Source: Candidatus Heimdallarchaeota archaeon
GTDB taxonomy: Archaea > Asgardarchaeota > Heimdallarchaeia > Heimdallarchaeales > Kariarchaeaceae
Reading direction: 5' to 3'
NCBI GenBank assembly: GCA_030149205.1
Contig: JASBSB010000006.1
Coordinates: 30,001 to 62,000, forward strand
Length of the DNA stretch: 32,000 nt
This document shows, piece by piece, positions 9,629-17,497 of this stretch. A program made the position numbers and the translations under genes. Under the pieces are notes generated by a model, which saw nothing but the letters and a program-made list of their open reading frames with translations, was not told the DNA's origin and made no database searches. Position 1 is the first letter of the stretch. Each line of letters starts with the position of its first letter.

Positions 9629-10002
9629 TAATTGATTTAACTGACTAATAATTAACCAAATCAAAATATATATTAGAAATCTCTACATAAAAGGTTACAA
9701 GAACAGGATGACCTTAAAAATGGCAAATCAATCTTTTTTAATTGTAGGGATAGAAAGAGGCAGGTTTTGAATTTATATAACGACAATTCTATTTTAATAA
9801 ATTTTGATTGTCTAAATAGAGACTTTGTACAATATCCCACAAATATCTATTGGAACAATACACAAAATATCAGAATTACTAAGGTAATGTTCAGATTTTA
9901 ACTAAATTATTAGACTAAAACCAATAAATAATTTCATAATTGTAGTATTTTTAGAAAAGCTTATATCCTATATATTGTATATTAATTCACTTCGGTGGTA
10001 AC

Positions 10003-10962
10003 ATGAAAAGAATAACTATCGTATTATTAATTACACTTGCTGTAATGTTGATTTCTCCATTTGGAACGGTTCAGGCTGCTGAACTTGCACCAATCAAATA
10101 TTCAGCAACTAAAGTGTCAACCCCAATGAAAATTGATGGTAATCCAGCTGACTGGTCAAACATTCCAGTTGCCAAGATAAACCTCACATCACCTCTGGGA
10201 TTAGATAACTTGGTATATCATGCTCAGGTTCAGGTTGCATATGACACCAATAACGCTTACTTTTTAGTACAGGTGACAGATGAATACAGAATGTATGCTC
10301 CTATCCCCTCTGGTACACCTTTCACTGATTTTCAGAATCATAATACATCAGCAATAGGCTTAGCTTTTCCAATTAATGCTACAGTCGGGATGCATATGGG
10401 TGCACCAAGTGACAAACAAGCTGACCTAACTAAATCAACAGGTACTGTTGATATTGCTTTCTGGCAATTACAGACAAAACATGGTGTTCAAGCTGGAGGA
10501 ATAAACTCCTCTTATTATCACTCTGGTTCAGGTTCTGGGTTTGGTGGTCTAGATAATATGTGGGCGAACAATCCATACGTAAAGAATGTTGATAACAACA
10601 GTAAATCAGGTAACATGTGGCTTGGTGCATGGAGTTTTTCATCAGGAAACTATGTCAACGGTTCTAAAGGAAACTGGATTTTTGAATACAAGAGACCCTT
10701 GGTTACAAATAACACATTAGATGCTCAATGGAAAGTTGGGGGTATGACCTCTTTAGCACTAGCTTACTGGGATCCTGATGTAGACCCAAGTGGTTGGAAT
10801 GACCCAACTCATCACACAAGTAACCAGATGGTTGATATCTATTTTGGCCCCTTACCCACAACAAAGAGTGGAACCCCTGGGTTTGAGATTCTCTCTGGTT
10901 TATTTGCTGTATTGTTGATGGCTCCTGTCATCAGAAAGCTCTACCTTAACAAAAAACTTTAA
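10003..10962 (+). CDS. Secreted DOMON-fold (ethylbenzene-dehydrogenase-gamma/EB_dh-like) putative haem-binding protein with a PGF-CTERM-like anchor
   Basis: N-terminal signal peptide; IDGNPADW, AYD--NAYFLV, GMHMG, VDIAFW, GNWIFEYKRPL, LAYWD and THHTS motifs; C-terminal TPGF + hydrophobic helix + basic tail. Confidence 0.7.
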   Translation: MKRITIVLLITLAVMLISPFGTVQAAELAPIKYSATKVSTPMKIDGNPADWSNIPVAKINLTSPLGLDNLVYHAQVQVAYDTNNAYFLVQVTDEYRMYAPIPSGTPFTDFQNHNTSAIGLAFPINATVGMHMGAPSDKQADLTKSTGTVDIAFWQLQTKHGVQAGGINSSYYHSGSGSGFGGLDNMWANNPYVKNVDNNSKSGNMWLGAWSFSSGNYVNGSKGNWIFEYKRPLVTNNTLDAQWKVGGMTSLALAYWDPDVDPSGWNDPTHHTSNQMVDIYFGPLPTTKSGTPGFEILSGLFAVLLMAPVIRKLYLNKKL

Positions 10963-10989
10963 CTATTGTAGTTTGTGTAGATTTAATTA

Positions 10990-12582
10990 TTGAAGAATAA
11001 TTTACTTGTATTTATATTAACGATTTTTCTAGTTTTTTCAACTAATATTCAAATTTCAACGATTTCTTCTGAGGTCAATAATCAAAACCTTAACGTTCAA
11101 CTTTATCCAAAAAACACTTCTACAAGTGTTATTCTTGGGCTTAAACAAATAAACTCAGTTTTGAACAATTCAGTGATTTTTAATGGAGATTCATTGATTG
11201 GTTGGAAATATCGAGTGAATTCATCTTTAGATATAGCGAATACCATATTTGAGGGTTATTTGTTGGGGAATGCTGGTATAGGAAATTTCCTTCTAAATGC
11301 AGCTAAGGACAACCGGAGTGGAGTTAACGGCTCAATACTTTTACAGGTAGTAAACCATTTTCAAATGAACAAAAAGGTCTCACCCGCAGGAAATTATTAC
11401 TGGGGTAAGAAAGCGACTCCATCTGAAGGATATATTGGTTATCGATATGGATCTGCAGGGATACTTGATTTTTTATCCAGTTATTATAAAACCTATCAAA
11501 ATCAATCTTTGATACCGTTAATAGAAAAGGCGGTTAAATGGTTCTTTGAAATCAGACGTGCGGATGGGAACATCCCCATAAGCCCAAACAGCTTTTACAC
11601 AAGTGGTTTAGAGTATGGAATGGCTGCACCAGTACTTTCACTTGTCAAGCTTACTAGTAGATTAAACAACAGAACATATTTGCAACTAGCAGAAGAAATT
11701 GCACAACCACTTATACAGCTTGGAACATGGAATAATGGTAGTTTTTCTATCGAATGGACACCTTTTGGATCTGGAACTGAGTTTGCAAACCTAATTTTGA
11801 CGGGATACGAAACAGGACAAGCAGGTTTGTTGAAGATGTTCACTGATCTATATTTATCAACAAAAAATTCCACATATCTACGCTATGTGAATGGGATTGC
11901 CAATTATTTGGTTACCCATGATTTAGGTGGTTACTGGGCCAATAACACTGTCGGATACGTTTCTCACGAGAGTAATAACAATGCTCTTACTGGACTGTTA
12001 TCTGGTTCAGCTGGGATTGCTTTACAATTGCTAAACTATTCACTCACTTTTAACAAACCTCTTGTTTTAAGCAATGTCGCAAGGGTAGAGAAATTCTTGA
12101 ATCTATTTTATTCCAATGGTACCATATCAATGAGTCCTTATTTCAGTGGTATCAGGTACAATGGATTAAGATTAGGGGTGTCTGGATATCTTCATTTCCT
12201 TATGAAGTTGTACGAATCCTTTGGAACGGAATCTTATCTGACAAAAATCGACGAGATTATTATGGACCAAATCCGTCAGATAAATACATACAAAGATTAT
12301 CCAATAAGGACCAACAGCCCAGCCAATGGATTTGCATATAATTTAGCAGATGGAATCACTGGGTTTGGAACCATATTACTTGACTATCTTCGTTTACAAA
12401 AAGGTTCACCCAATCCAGATTACCAAAAATATTTGAATTCTGTGAAAGTGAACACTAATTATTATCCCACATCAAAAAGCACATCTGGTAAGATCACCGT
12501 TATTTTTACATTTGTGCCCATCACTCTTGCAATTCTTGTACTGAATAAGAAAAAACTAACTTTCAGAAATAAAGCTTCTTAG
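10990..12582 (+). CDS. Secreted, membrane-anchored LanC-like (alpha/alpha barrel) protein without cysteines
   Basis: Seven LanC-like repeats (GYLLGNAG, GYRYGSAG, GLEYGMAA, GYETGQAG, GLLSGSAG, GLRLGVSG, NLADGITG); signal peptide; C-terminal TM helix + KKK; no Cys in 530 aa; TTG start. Confidence 0.7.
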   Translation: MKNNLLVFILTIFLVFSTNIQISTISSEVNNQNLNVQLYPKNTSTSVILGLKQINSVLNNSVIFNGDSLIGWKYRVNSSLDIANTIFEGYLLGNAGIGNFLLNAAKDNRSGVNGSILLQVVNHFQMNKKVSPAGNYYWGKKATPSEGYIGYRYGSAGILDFLSSYYKTYQNQSLIPLIEKAVKWFFEIRRADGNIPISPNSFYTSGLEYGMAAPVLSLVKLTSRLNNRTYLQLAEEIAQPLIQLGTWNNGSFSIEWTPFGSGTEFANLILTGYETGQAGLLKMFTDLYLSTKNSTYLRYVNGIANYLVTHDLGGYWANNTVGYVSHESNNNALTGLLSGSAGIALQLLNYSLTFNKPLVLSNVARVEKFLNLFYSNGTISMSPYFSGIRYNGLRLGVSGYLHFLMKLYESFGTESYLTKIDEIIMDQIRQINTYKDYPIRTNSPANGFAYNLADGITGFGTILLDYLRLQKGSPNPDYQKYLNSVKVNTNYYPTSKSTSGKITVIFTFVPITLAILVLNKKKLTFRNKAS

Positions 12583-12957
12583 ACTAATTGCATGTCTACA
12601 AATCCCCCTCAGACATTTCTCGTTTTTACAAACCCCATATTTCAGACCCCATATTCTGATCTGTTCTAAAATTGGGATAAGTTCCTCACCCTTAGAATTC
12701 AACTTATATCTTTTCTTTCTAGGTTTTTCAGTGTTGTCAATTGTGTCTATGACACCAAGTTCTGTTAGGTGTGTCAACCTTTTGCTTAACACACGGGTGT
12801 TAATCTCAGGTAGAAAAGATTGAAGTTCGGTATAACTAAGGGAATTTTCAGGGTTAATTCTAGCGTTAATAAGCTCAATGATTAATTGCAAATTCCATTT
12901 TTCTCCAAAAACCGCTTCAACAAACCATAGCACACAATCGTCTCGGATGTTTAACAT
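12556..12957 (-). CDS. HxlR / MarR-DUF24 winged-helix transcriptional regulator
   Basis: C-x8-FGEKWNLQLI, SYTELQSFLPEINTRVLSKRL--L-E-G, RYKLNSKGEEL-PIL--I--WG; Cys8 plus a C-terminal CKNEKCLRGICRH. Confidence 0.92.
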   Translation of the reverse strand: MLNIRDDCVLWFVEAVFGEKWNLQLIIELINARINPENSLSYTELQSFLPEINTRVLSKRLTHLTELGVIDTIDNTEKPRKKRYKLNSKGEELIPILEQIRIWGLKYGVCKNEKCLRGICRHAISLRSFISES

Positions 12958-13005
12958 TATAGCATAGAAGTATTGGGATTTTATTAATATTTTAGAAAAT
13001 TCCCG

Positions 13006-13028
13006 ATTAGCTGTACATAATACAGCAA
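13006..13028. promoter_or_regulatory. Putative operator box 1, ATTAGCTGTACATAATACAGCAA (core palindrome GCTGTA-N5-TACAGC at 13010-13026)
   Basis: Perfect 6-bp inverted repeat; 22/23 nt identical to box 2; about 50 nt upstream of the HxlR start and adjacent to TTTATATT. Confidence 0.75.
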
Positions 13029-13160
13029 TTTATATTCAAATTGCTAATTTCTAAACATTCTCTGAATCTATCCTGTTTTTCATGCTATTTTATCAAATAA
13101 GCATGTATACTGTATTTTTTTGACAAGATTTTCTTGAAAACACAAAACAATGCAATAAAC

Positions 13161-13168
13161 TTTATATT
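13161..13168 (+). promoter_or_regulatory. Putative TATA box of nirK (TTTATATT), preceded by a purine-rich BRE-like stretch
   Basis: Sequence match and position just upstream of operator box 2 and the nirK start. Confidence 0.5.
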
Positions 13169-13171
13169 GTA

Positions 13172-13194
13172 ATTAGCTGTACAAAATACAGCAA
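13172..13194. promoter_or_regulatory. Putative operator box 2, ATTAGCTGTACAAAATACAGCAA (core at 13176-13192)
   Basis: Perfect GCTGTA-N5-TACAGC palindrome directly downstream of the TATA-like box; a degenerate third copy GCTGTA-TAAAG-TAAAGT follows at 13202-13218. Confidence 0.75.
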
Positions 13195-13230
13195 AAAAGT
13201 TGCTGTATAAAGTAAAGTTAAGTGATTACT

Positions 13231-14595
13231 ATGTCTATGGAATTGACAAATCAAAAACTATTTGGAATCATCATCGGAGTTGGATTACTCTCCGGGATGC
13301 TTGTAGCGGGAGTTGTTCTGGCCACCATACCTCAACAATCTACTCCCACACCTGGAAAGGTAACTTTTACATTAGTTGCAAAACTTTCTGGATTTGAAGG
13401 AGTTGGTGGAACCATTGATGGAAAGGTAAACCCTGACCTGAAAGTCTCACCCAACGACAATGTGACTATCATCCTTAAGGCAGGGGAACCTGTGCCTCAT
13501 GATTGGACATTAGATTCGGTTGGGAAATCTGAAACCGTCTCTACTGAGTCCTCTTTAGGGAAGTCTGAAGTTAAATTTAATTTCTTAGCAGGAAAAGAGC
13601 GAGTAGAAACCTATTATTGTTCAATTCCGGGCCATTTTGTGACCATGAATGGAAAGTTCATTGTAGGTACACCAAACCAGGTCCAACCGAAAGCTGCTTC
13701 ACATCTTTCAAACAGTGTGATCAAGTCACCAACAGATATTCCTGCACCTGTAGGAAATAGGTCTGCAAAAAATGTAGAATTTACTTTGGTCACTAAAGAG
13801 GTTATAGCTAAGATTGATGATGGGACAAGTTTCACCTTTTGGACTTTTAATGGAACTGTTCCAGGACCTTTAATCAGAGTTAGAATAGGTGATAATGTTA
13901 CATTACATCTAAAGAATGAATTGAATTCCACAATGGTTCACAGCATTGACTCACATGCGATAAATCTTCCAGGAGGAGGAGCAGCCTACACCCAGGTTAA
14001 ACCAGGAGAGACAAAATCATTCACATTCACTCCACAGTGGGAAGGTGTTTTTGTGTATCATTGTGCAAGTCCGCATATCCCTACACACATTTCAAAAGGT
14101 ATGTTCGGGGCATTATCAGTTGAACCTGCTGCTGGATTACCTACAGTAGCAAAAGAGTTCTATGTTGGACAGAATGAGGTTTACACACAGTTTCCGAAGG
14201 GCACACAGGGTCATCAAGAGTTCAGTGATGCAAAACAACTTACTGAGACTCCAGATTATGTTCTATTTAACGGACAAGTAAATGCTCTGACAAAGCCTGG
14301 GTTTACACTCAATGCAACAGTAAATACAACTGTAAGGATATTCTTTGCTGTTGGGGGACCAAATGTTGCTAGCAACTTTCACATGATAGGTGGAGTGTGG
14401 GACAGAGTGTACTATGAAACAGACTGGACCACTCCAAACATGATTAATGCGGAAACTATAGTTGTTCCACCGGGTTCTGCATTAGCACTAGAGATGGACA
14501 TAACTCGTCTTGGAAAGTTTATCTTGGTGGATCATGCATTAACTAGAACATTTGACAAGGGTTCACTTGGATTTTTATATTCAAACTTACCCTGA
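13231..14595 (+). CDS. nirK: Copper-containing nitrite reductase with an N-terminal TM anchor and an extra N-terminal cupredoxin domain
   Basis: WTFNGTVPGP, HSIDSHA (T1 His, catalytic Asp, T2 His), YHCAS...HISKGM (T2 His; T1 Cys/His/Met), GGPNVASNFHMIGG (catalytic His), LVDH (T2 His); extra domain PHDW...YYCSIPGHFVTM. The start could be GTG 13222, ATG 13231 or ATG 13237. Confidence 0.93.
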   Translation: MSMELTNQKLFGIIIGVGLLSGMLVAGVVLATIPQQSTPTPGKVTFTLVAKLSGFEGVGGTIDGKVNPDLKVSPNDNVTIILKAGEPVPHDWTLDSVGKSETVSTESSLGKSEVKFNFLAGKERVETYYCSIPGHFVTMNGKFIVGTPNQVQPKAASHLSNSVIKSPTDIPAPVGNRSAKNVEFTLVTKEVIAKIDDGTSFTFWTFNGTVPGPLIRVRIGDNVTLHLKNELNSTMVHSIDSHAINLPGGGAAYTQVKPGETKSFTFTPQWEGVFVYHCASPHIPTHISKGMFGALSVEPAAGLPTVAKEFYVGQNEVYTQFPKGTQGHQEFSDAKQLTETPDYVLFNGQVNALTKPGFTLNATVNTTVRIFFAVGGPNVASNFHMIGGVWDRVYYETDWTTPNMINAETIVVPPGSALALEMDITRLGKFILVDHALTRTFDKGSLGFLYSNLP

Positions 14596-14846
14596 CAATA
14601 AGTCATGAAACAAAAAATTTGATCAAGAATTTAAATTGAGATTAATTTGAAATAACAAGTATGTTAACCTACATCAAGTCAAAAGTTTTAAAATTTATAA
14701 ATCCTATTCACCTATGGTCAGTTCTTAAGCAACCCGAGATTCTTCGATGAGAAGTTGTGAGTCACTGACCTTATGATTATTCAAATTGGGTAATGCTCTT
14801 TGTGTAATACCAAAATTTGATATGGGAAGTTATAAACTACAATTAG

Positions 14847-16001
14847 ATGAGCAAAAGAGTTGCTGTCATTGCTGCTGGACAGAGCAAATTTGGAACATTA
14901 GGGAAGAGTATGAAGGAGTTGTTTATCGATGCCCTTAAAGATTGTGAGCTAAACACAAAAGAGCTCCTTACAAAGACTGAGGAAGTATACATTGGGAATT
15001 TAGGGGTTGGTGGATCTCAGCTTGGAAACCCTGCAGCTCTTCTTATTGAACATGGACTAAGAACAGGAATTAGTGCCCAACGTGTTGAAAACGCATGTGC
15101 ATCTAGTGGATTTGCCTTTAGAGATGCATACAGAGCCATCAGATCAGGTGCCAAAGTTTCAATCGCAGGGGGTGTTGAAGTTATGAATGATCTCTCACCA
15201 CTTCATCAAAAATACTGGTTAGGGGTTTCAGGTGACACTGAATGGGAAAGGTTAGCGGGAGCAACTTTTGCAGGAATATATGCTTTAATGGCAAAACGTC
15301 ATATGTATGAGTATGGCACTACAAAAGAAATGCTTGCCTCAATCGCAGTAAAAAACCATAGGAATGCTATAAACAATCCAAAAGCACAATTTCACAAAGA
15401 AATTAGTTTGGAGATGGCATTGAATTCTCCCCTTGTCGCAGATCCATTGGGGTTGTTTGACTGCTGTCCAACTTCAGACGGGGCTTCTGTTGTATTCCTG
15501 GCATCTGAAGAAGTTGCAAGAAAATACACTGATGAGCCTATTTGGGTCACTGGGAGTGGTGCTGCAACAGATTTTCTTGCTCTTCATGATCGACCATTAA
15601 TATCTGAAATAAAAGCAACTCAGCTAGCAATGAAACAGGCAATAAATCAAGCTGAAATAAAACATTCTGAAATTGACTTTGCCGAAGTACATGATTGCTT
15701 CACCATAGCAGAACTCTTAGCTATGGAAGATTTAGGGTTTTATGACAAAGGAGAGGCAGGTGATGCAATATTAAGAAATGATACCGGAATTGATGGTACA
15801 TTACCAATAAACGTTTCAGGTGGTCTTAAAGCCAAAGGACATCCCTTAGGGGCCACAGGAACCGGACAAATAGTTGAAATTTTTAACCAGTTAACAGAAA
15901 ACGCAGGAAAAAGACAGTTAAAAAACGTTCAAACAGGCCTTGCACATAATGTTGGTGGGTCTGGTGCAACATGTACTGTTCACATCTTAAGGAGGGAATA
16001 A
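14847..16001 (+). CDS. Archaeal-type acetyl-CoA acetyltransferase (thiolase, HDCF type)
   Basis: VENACASSG (catalytic Cys), DCCPTSDGA, EVHDCFTIAE, NVSGGLKAKGHPLGATG, GLAHNVGG. Confidence 0.95.
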   Translation: MSKRVAVIAAGQSKFGTLGKSMKELFIDALKDCELNTKELLTKTEEVYIGNLGVGGSQLGNPAALLIEHGLRTGISAQRVENACASSGFAFRDAYRAIRSGAKVSIAGGVEVMNDLSPLHQKYWLGVSGDTEWERLAGATFAGIYALMAKRHMYEYGTTKEMLASIAVKNHRNAINNPKAQFHKEISLEMALNSPLVADPLGLFDCCPTSDGASVVFLASEEVARKYTDEPIWVTGSGAATDFLALHDRPLISEIKATQLAMKQAINQAEIKHSEIDFAEVHDCFTIAELLAMEDLGFYDKGEAGDAILRNDTGIDGTLPINVSGGLKAKGHPLGATGTGQIVEIFNQLTENAGKRQLKNVQTGLAHNVGGSGATCTVHILRRE

Positions 16002-16003
16002 AA

Positions 16004-17386
16004 TTGGGATTAATTACACACATCTTTTCAAACTTGCCAAGGTTAAAGTTAAAATACACAGGAGGTTCAACACAATTAGAGAGATTTTATCACGCTTCCT
16101 ATAAGTTTGGGGTTGATGAGACGCCCACAACATTAGGTGTCAACTGCATGATAAATTTTCTAGATTCCATAAATGAACATAAATCCCTAGAGTTAAAATC
16201 CATTTTTATCTCATATCCTGAGGACTTTGAACTAGACACTTTTCTTGAAGCTACAGGAATAGATTCAGATAAGGTTTTAATTGTTAATGGACGAGTTAAT
16301 TTAGAAATTTTATGGGAGATTGGAAAAACACTGGATACCTGTTTCATCAACATAACTGATCCTAAATCTTCGAATAATGAAATCAGGGGAGTTCTAACAC
16401 CCTCTGCCATTCTTTTTGCAAATATTTCGAGTTTTAATCCGCTTTTAGTTTTAGATAATTTCAACAGATTTAACAACCTAAGAATCCCCACCTTGTCGCG
16501 AATTAATTCGTTATCAGTAGAAAAAAGAGTTCTAGAATCTTTGACCCCAATCGTTGATAAGGAAAAATTGATATTGACTAATACTCTAAATGGAAAAAAA
16601 TTATCTAAACTCAAGAACTTTATTTGCTCAAATCAATGGTTCGGTTTTTCCGGAGATGCAACACTCTTGCTTAACTTGCAAATGTTAGTTTTTGGACATG
16701 ACTCCTCTTCAGATATTGAAAAATCATTTATACTCTTTAATGGAAATGAGCTAGGTTCTGTGACAGTATCTGGAAAAATCATAGTCAAGAATAATAGTTC
16801 GCTCTCAGTTGAAAAATTTTTCAAAACAGAAGAAAAATATACTAACTTAGAATTAAAAGTAGAAGAAAAAAAACAATGTTACCTCTCAAAAGGTGTTCAA
16901 AACATATCCATTGAAAAGTTTTTGAAATTACAAAATACTCATAATCCATCTGAAAGTATTGCTCAAGGTGCCTTTATTTCAAACGCACAGTATTTAAAGG
17001 AGAAAAACTCTCGCTATCGGTTGGTTTCAAACAGATGTACGGAGTGTGAAGAGATTATCTTCCCCCCTAGATTATACTGTAGATATTGTTATAGTTTGAC
17101 AAAGAAGGATCTTCCACTTCCCAAGACTGGAAAAATCTACTCATTAACAACCATAATGAAAGGAGCCGCTCCAAGTGAGTTTGTTGCTTATCAGGAGCTC
17201 GATAGTATATATTCTGTAGGTATCATAGAGCTCCTTCCAAATGTTCGAATTATCTCTCAGATTACTGACTGGGAATCAAATGAACTTGACATTAATGATG
17301 AGGTGCATATGGTGTTCAGACTGATTTATTGCCAAGATGGGTTGAGAAGATACGGATTTAAATTTACAAAATTAAAAATTTTTTAA
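16004..17386 (+). CDS. Degenerate HMG-CoA-synthase-like N-terminal region fused to a DUF35 Zn-ribbon/OB-fold domain
   Basis: N-terminal LPRLKL and DETPTTLG resemble the HMGCS/KAS-III start; C-terminal CTECEEIIFPPRLYCRYC, GKIYSLTTI, VGIIEL and VHMVFR are DUF35. GGAGG at 15991-15995 supports a TTG start at 16004. Confidence 0.8.
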   Translation: MGLITHIFSNLPRLKLKYTGGSTQLERFYHASYKFGVDETPTTLGVNCMINFLDSINEHKSLELKSIFISYPEDFELDTFLEATGIDSDKVLIVNGRVNLEILWEIGKTLDTCFINITDPKSSNNEIRGVLTPSAILFANISSFNPLLVLDNFNRFNNLRIPTLSRINSLSVEKRVLESLTPIVDKEKLILTNTLNGKKLSKLKNFICSNQWFGFSGDATLLLNLQMLVFGHDSSSDIEKSFILFNGNELGSVTVSGKIIVKNNSSLSVEKFFKTEEKYTNLELKVEEKKQCYLSKGVQNISIEKFLKLQNTHNPSESIAQGAFISNAQYLKEKNSRYRLVSNRCTECEEIIFPPRLYCRYCYSLTKKDLPLPKTGKIYSLTTIMKGAAPSEFVAYQELDSIYSVGIIELLPNVRIISQITDWESNELDINDEVHMVFRLIYCQDGLRRYGFKFTKLKIF

Positions 17387-17497
17387 CATAGTTATTGTCT
17401 TGGATGAATTATAAACTGTTGTATATCCATAATTTTTATTTTTAAAGGAAATTACAAAATTCCTAATAAATGGAACAAGTCTCTTTAATACACAATT

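Noticed and set aside
10990-12582. Lanthipeptide biosynthetic cluster
   Set aside because: No dehydratase, no precursor peptide, no Zn-binding Cys, and the protein is exported.
14596-14846. SECIS element or known riboswitch
   Set aside because: No nearby gene needs TGA read-through, and no TPP/FMN/SAM/fluoride consensus was recognised; kept only as an unassigned structured-RNA candidate.
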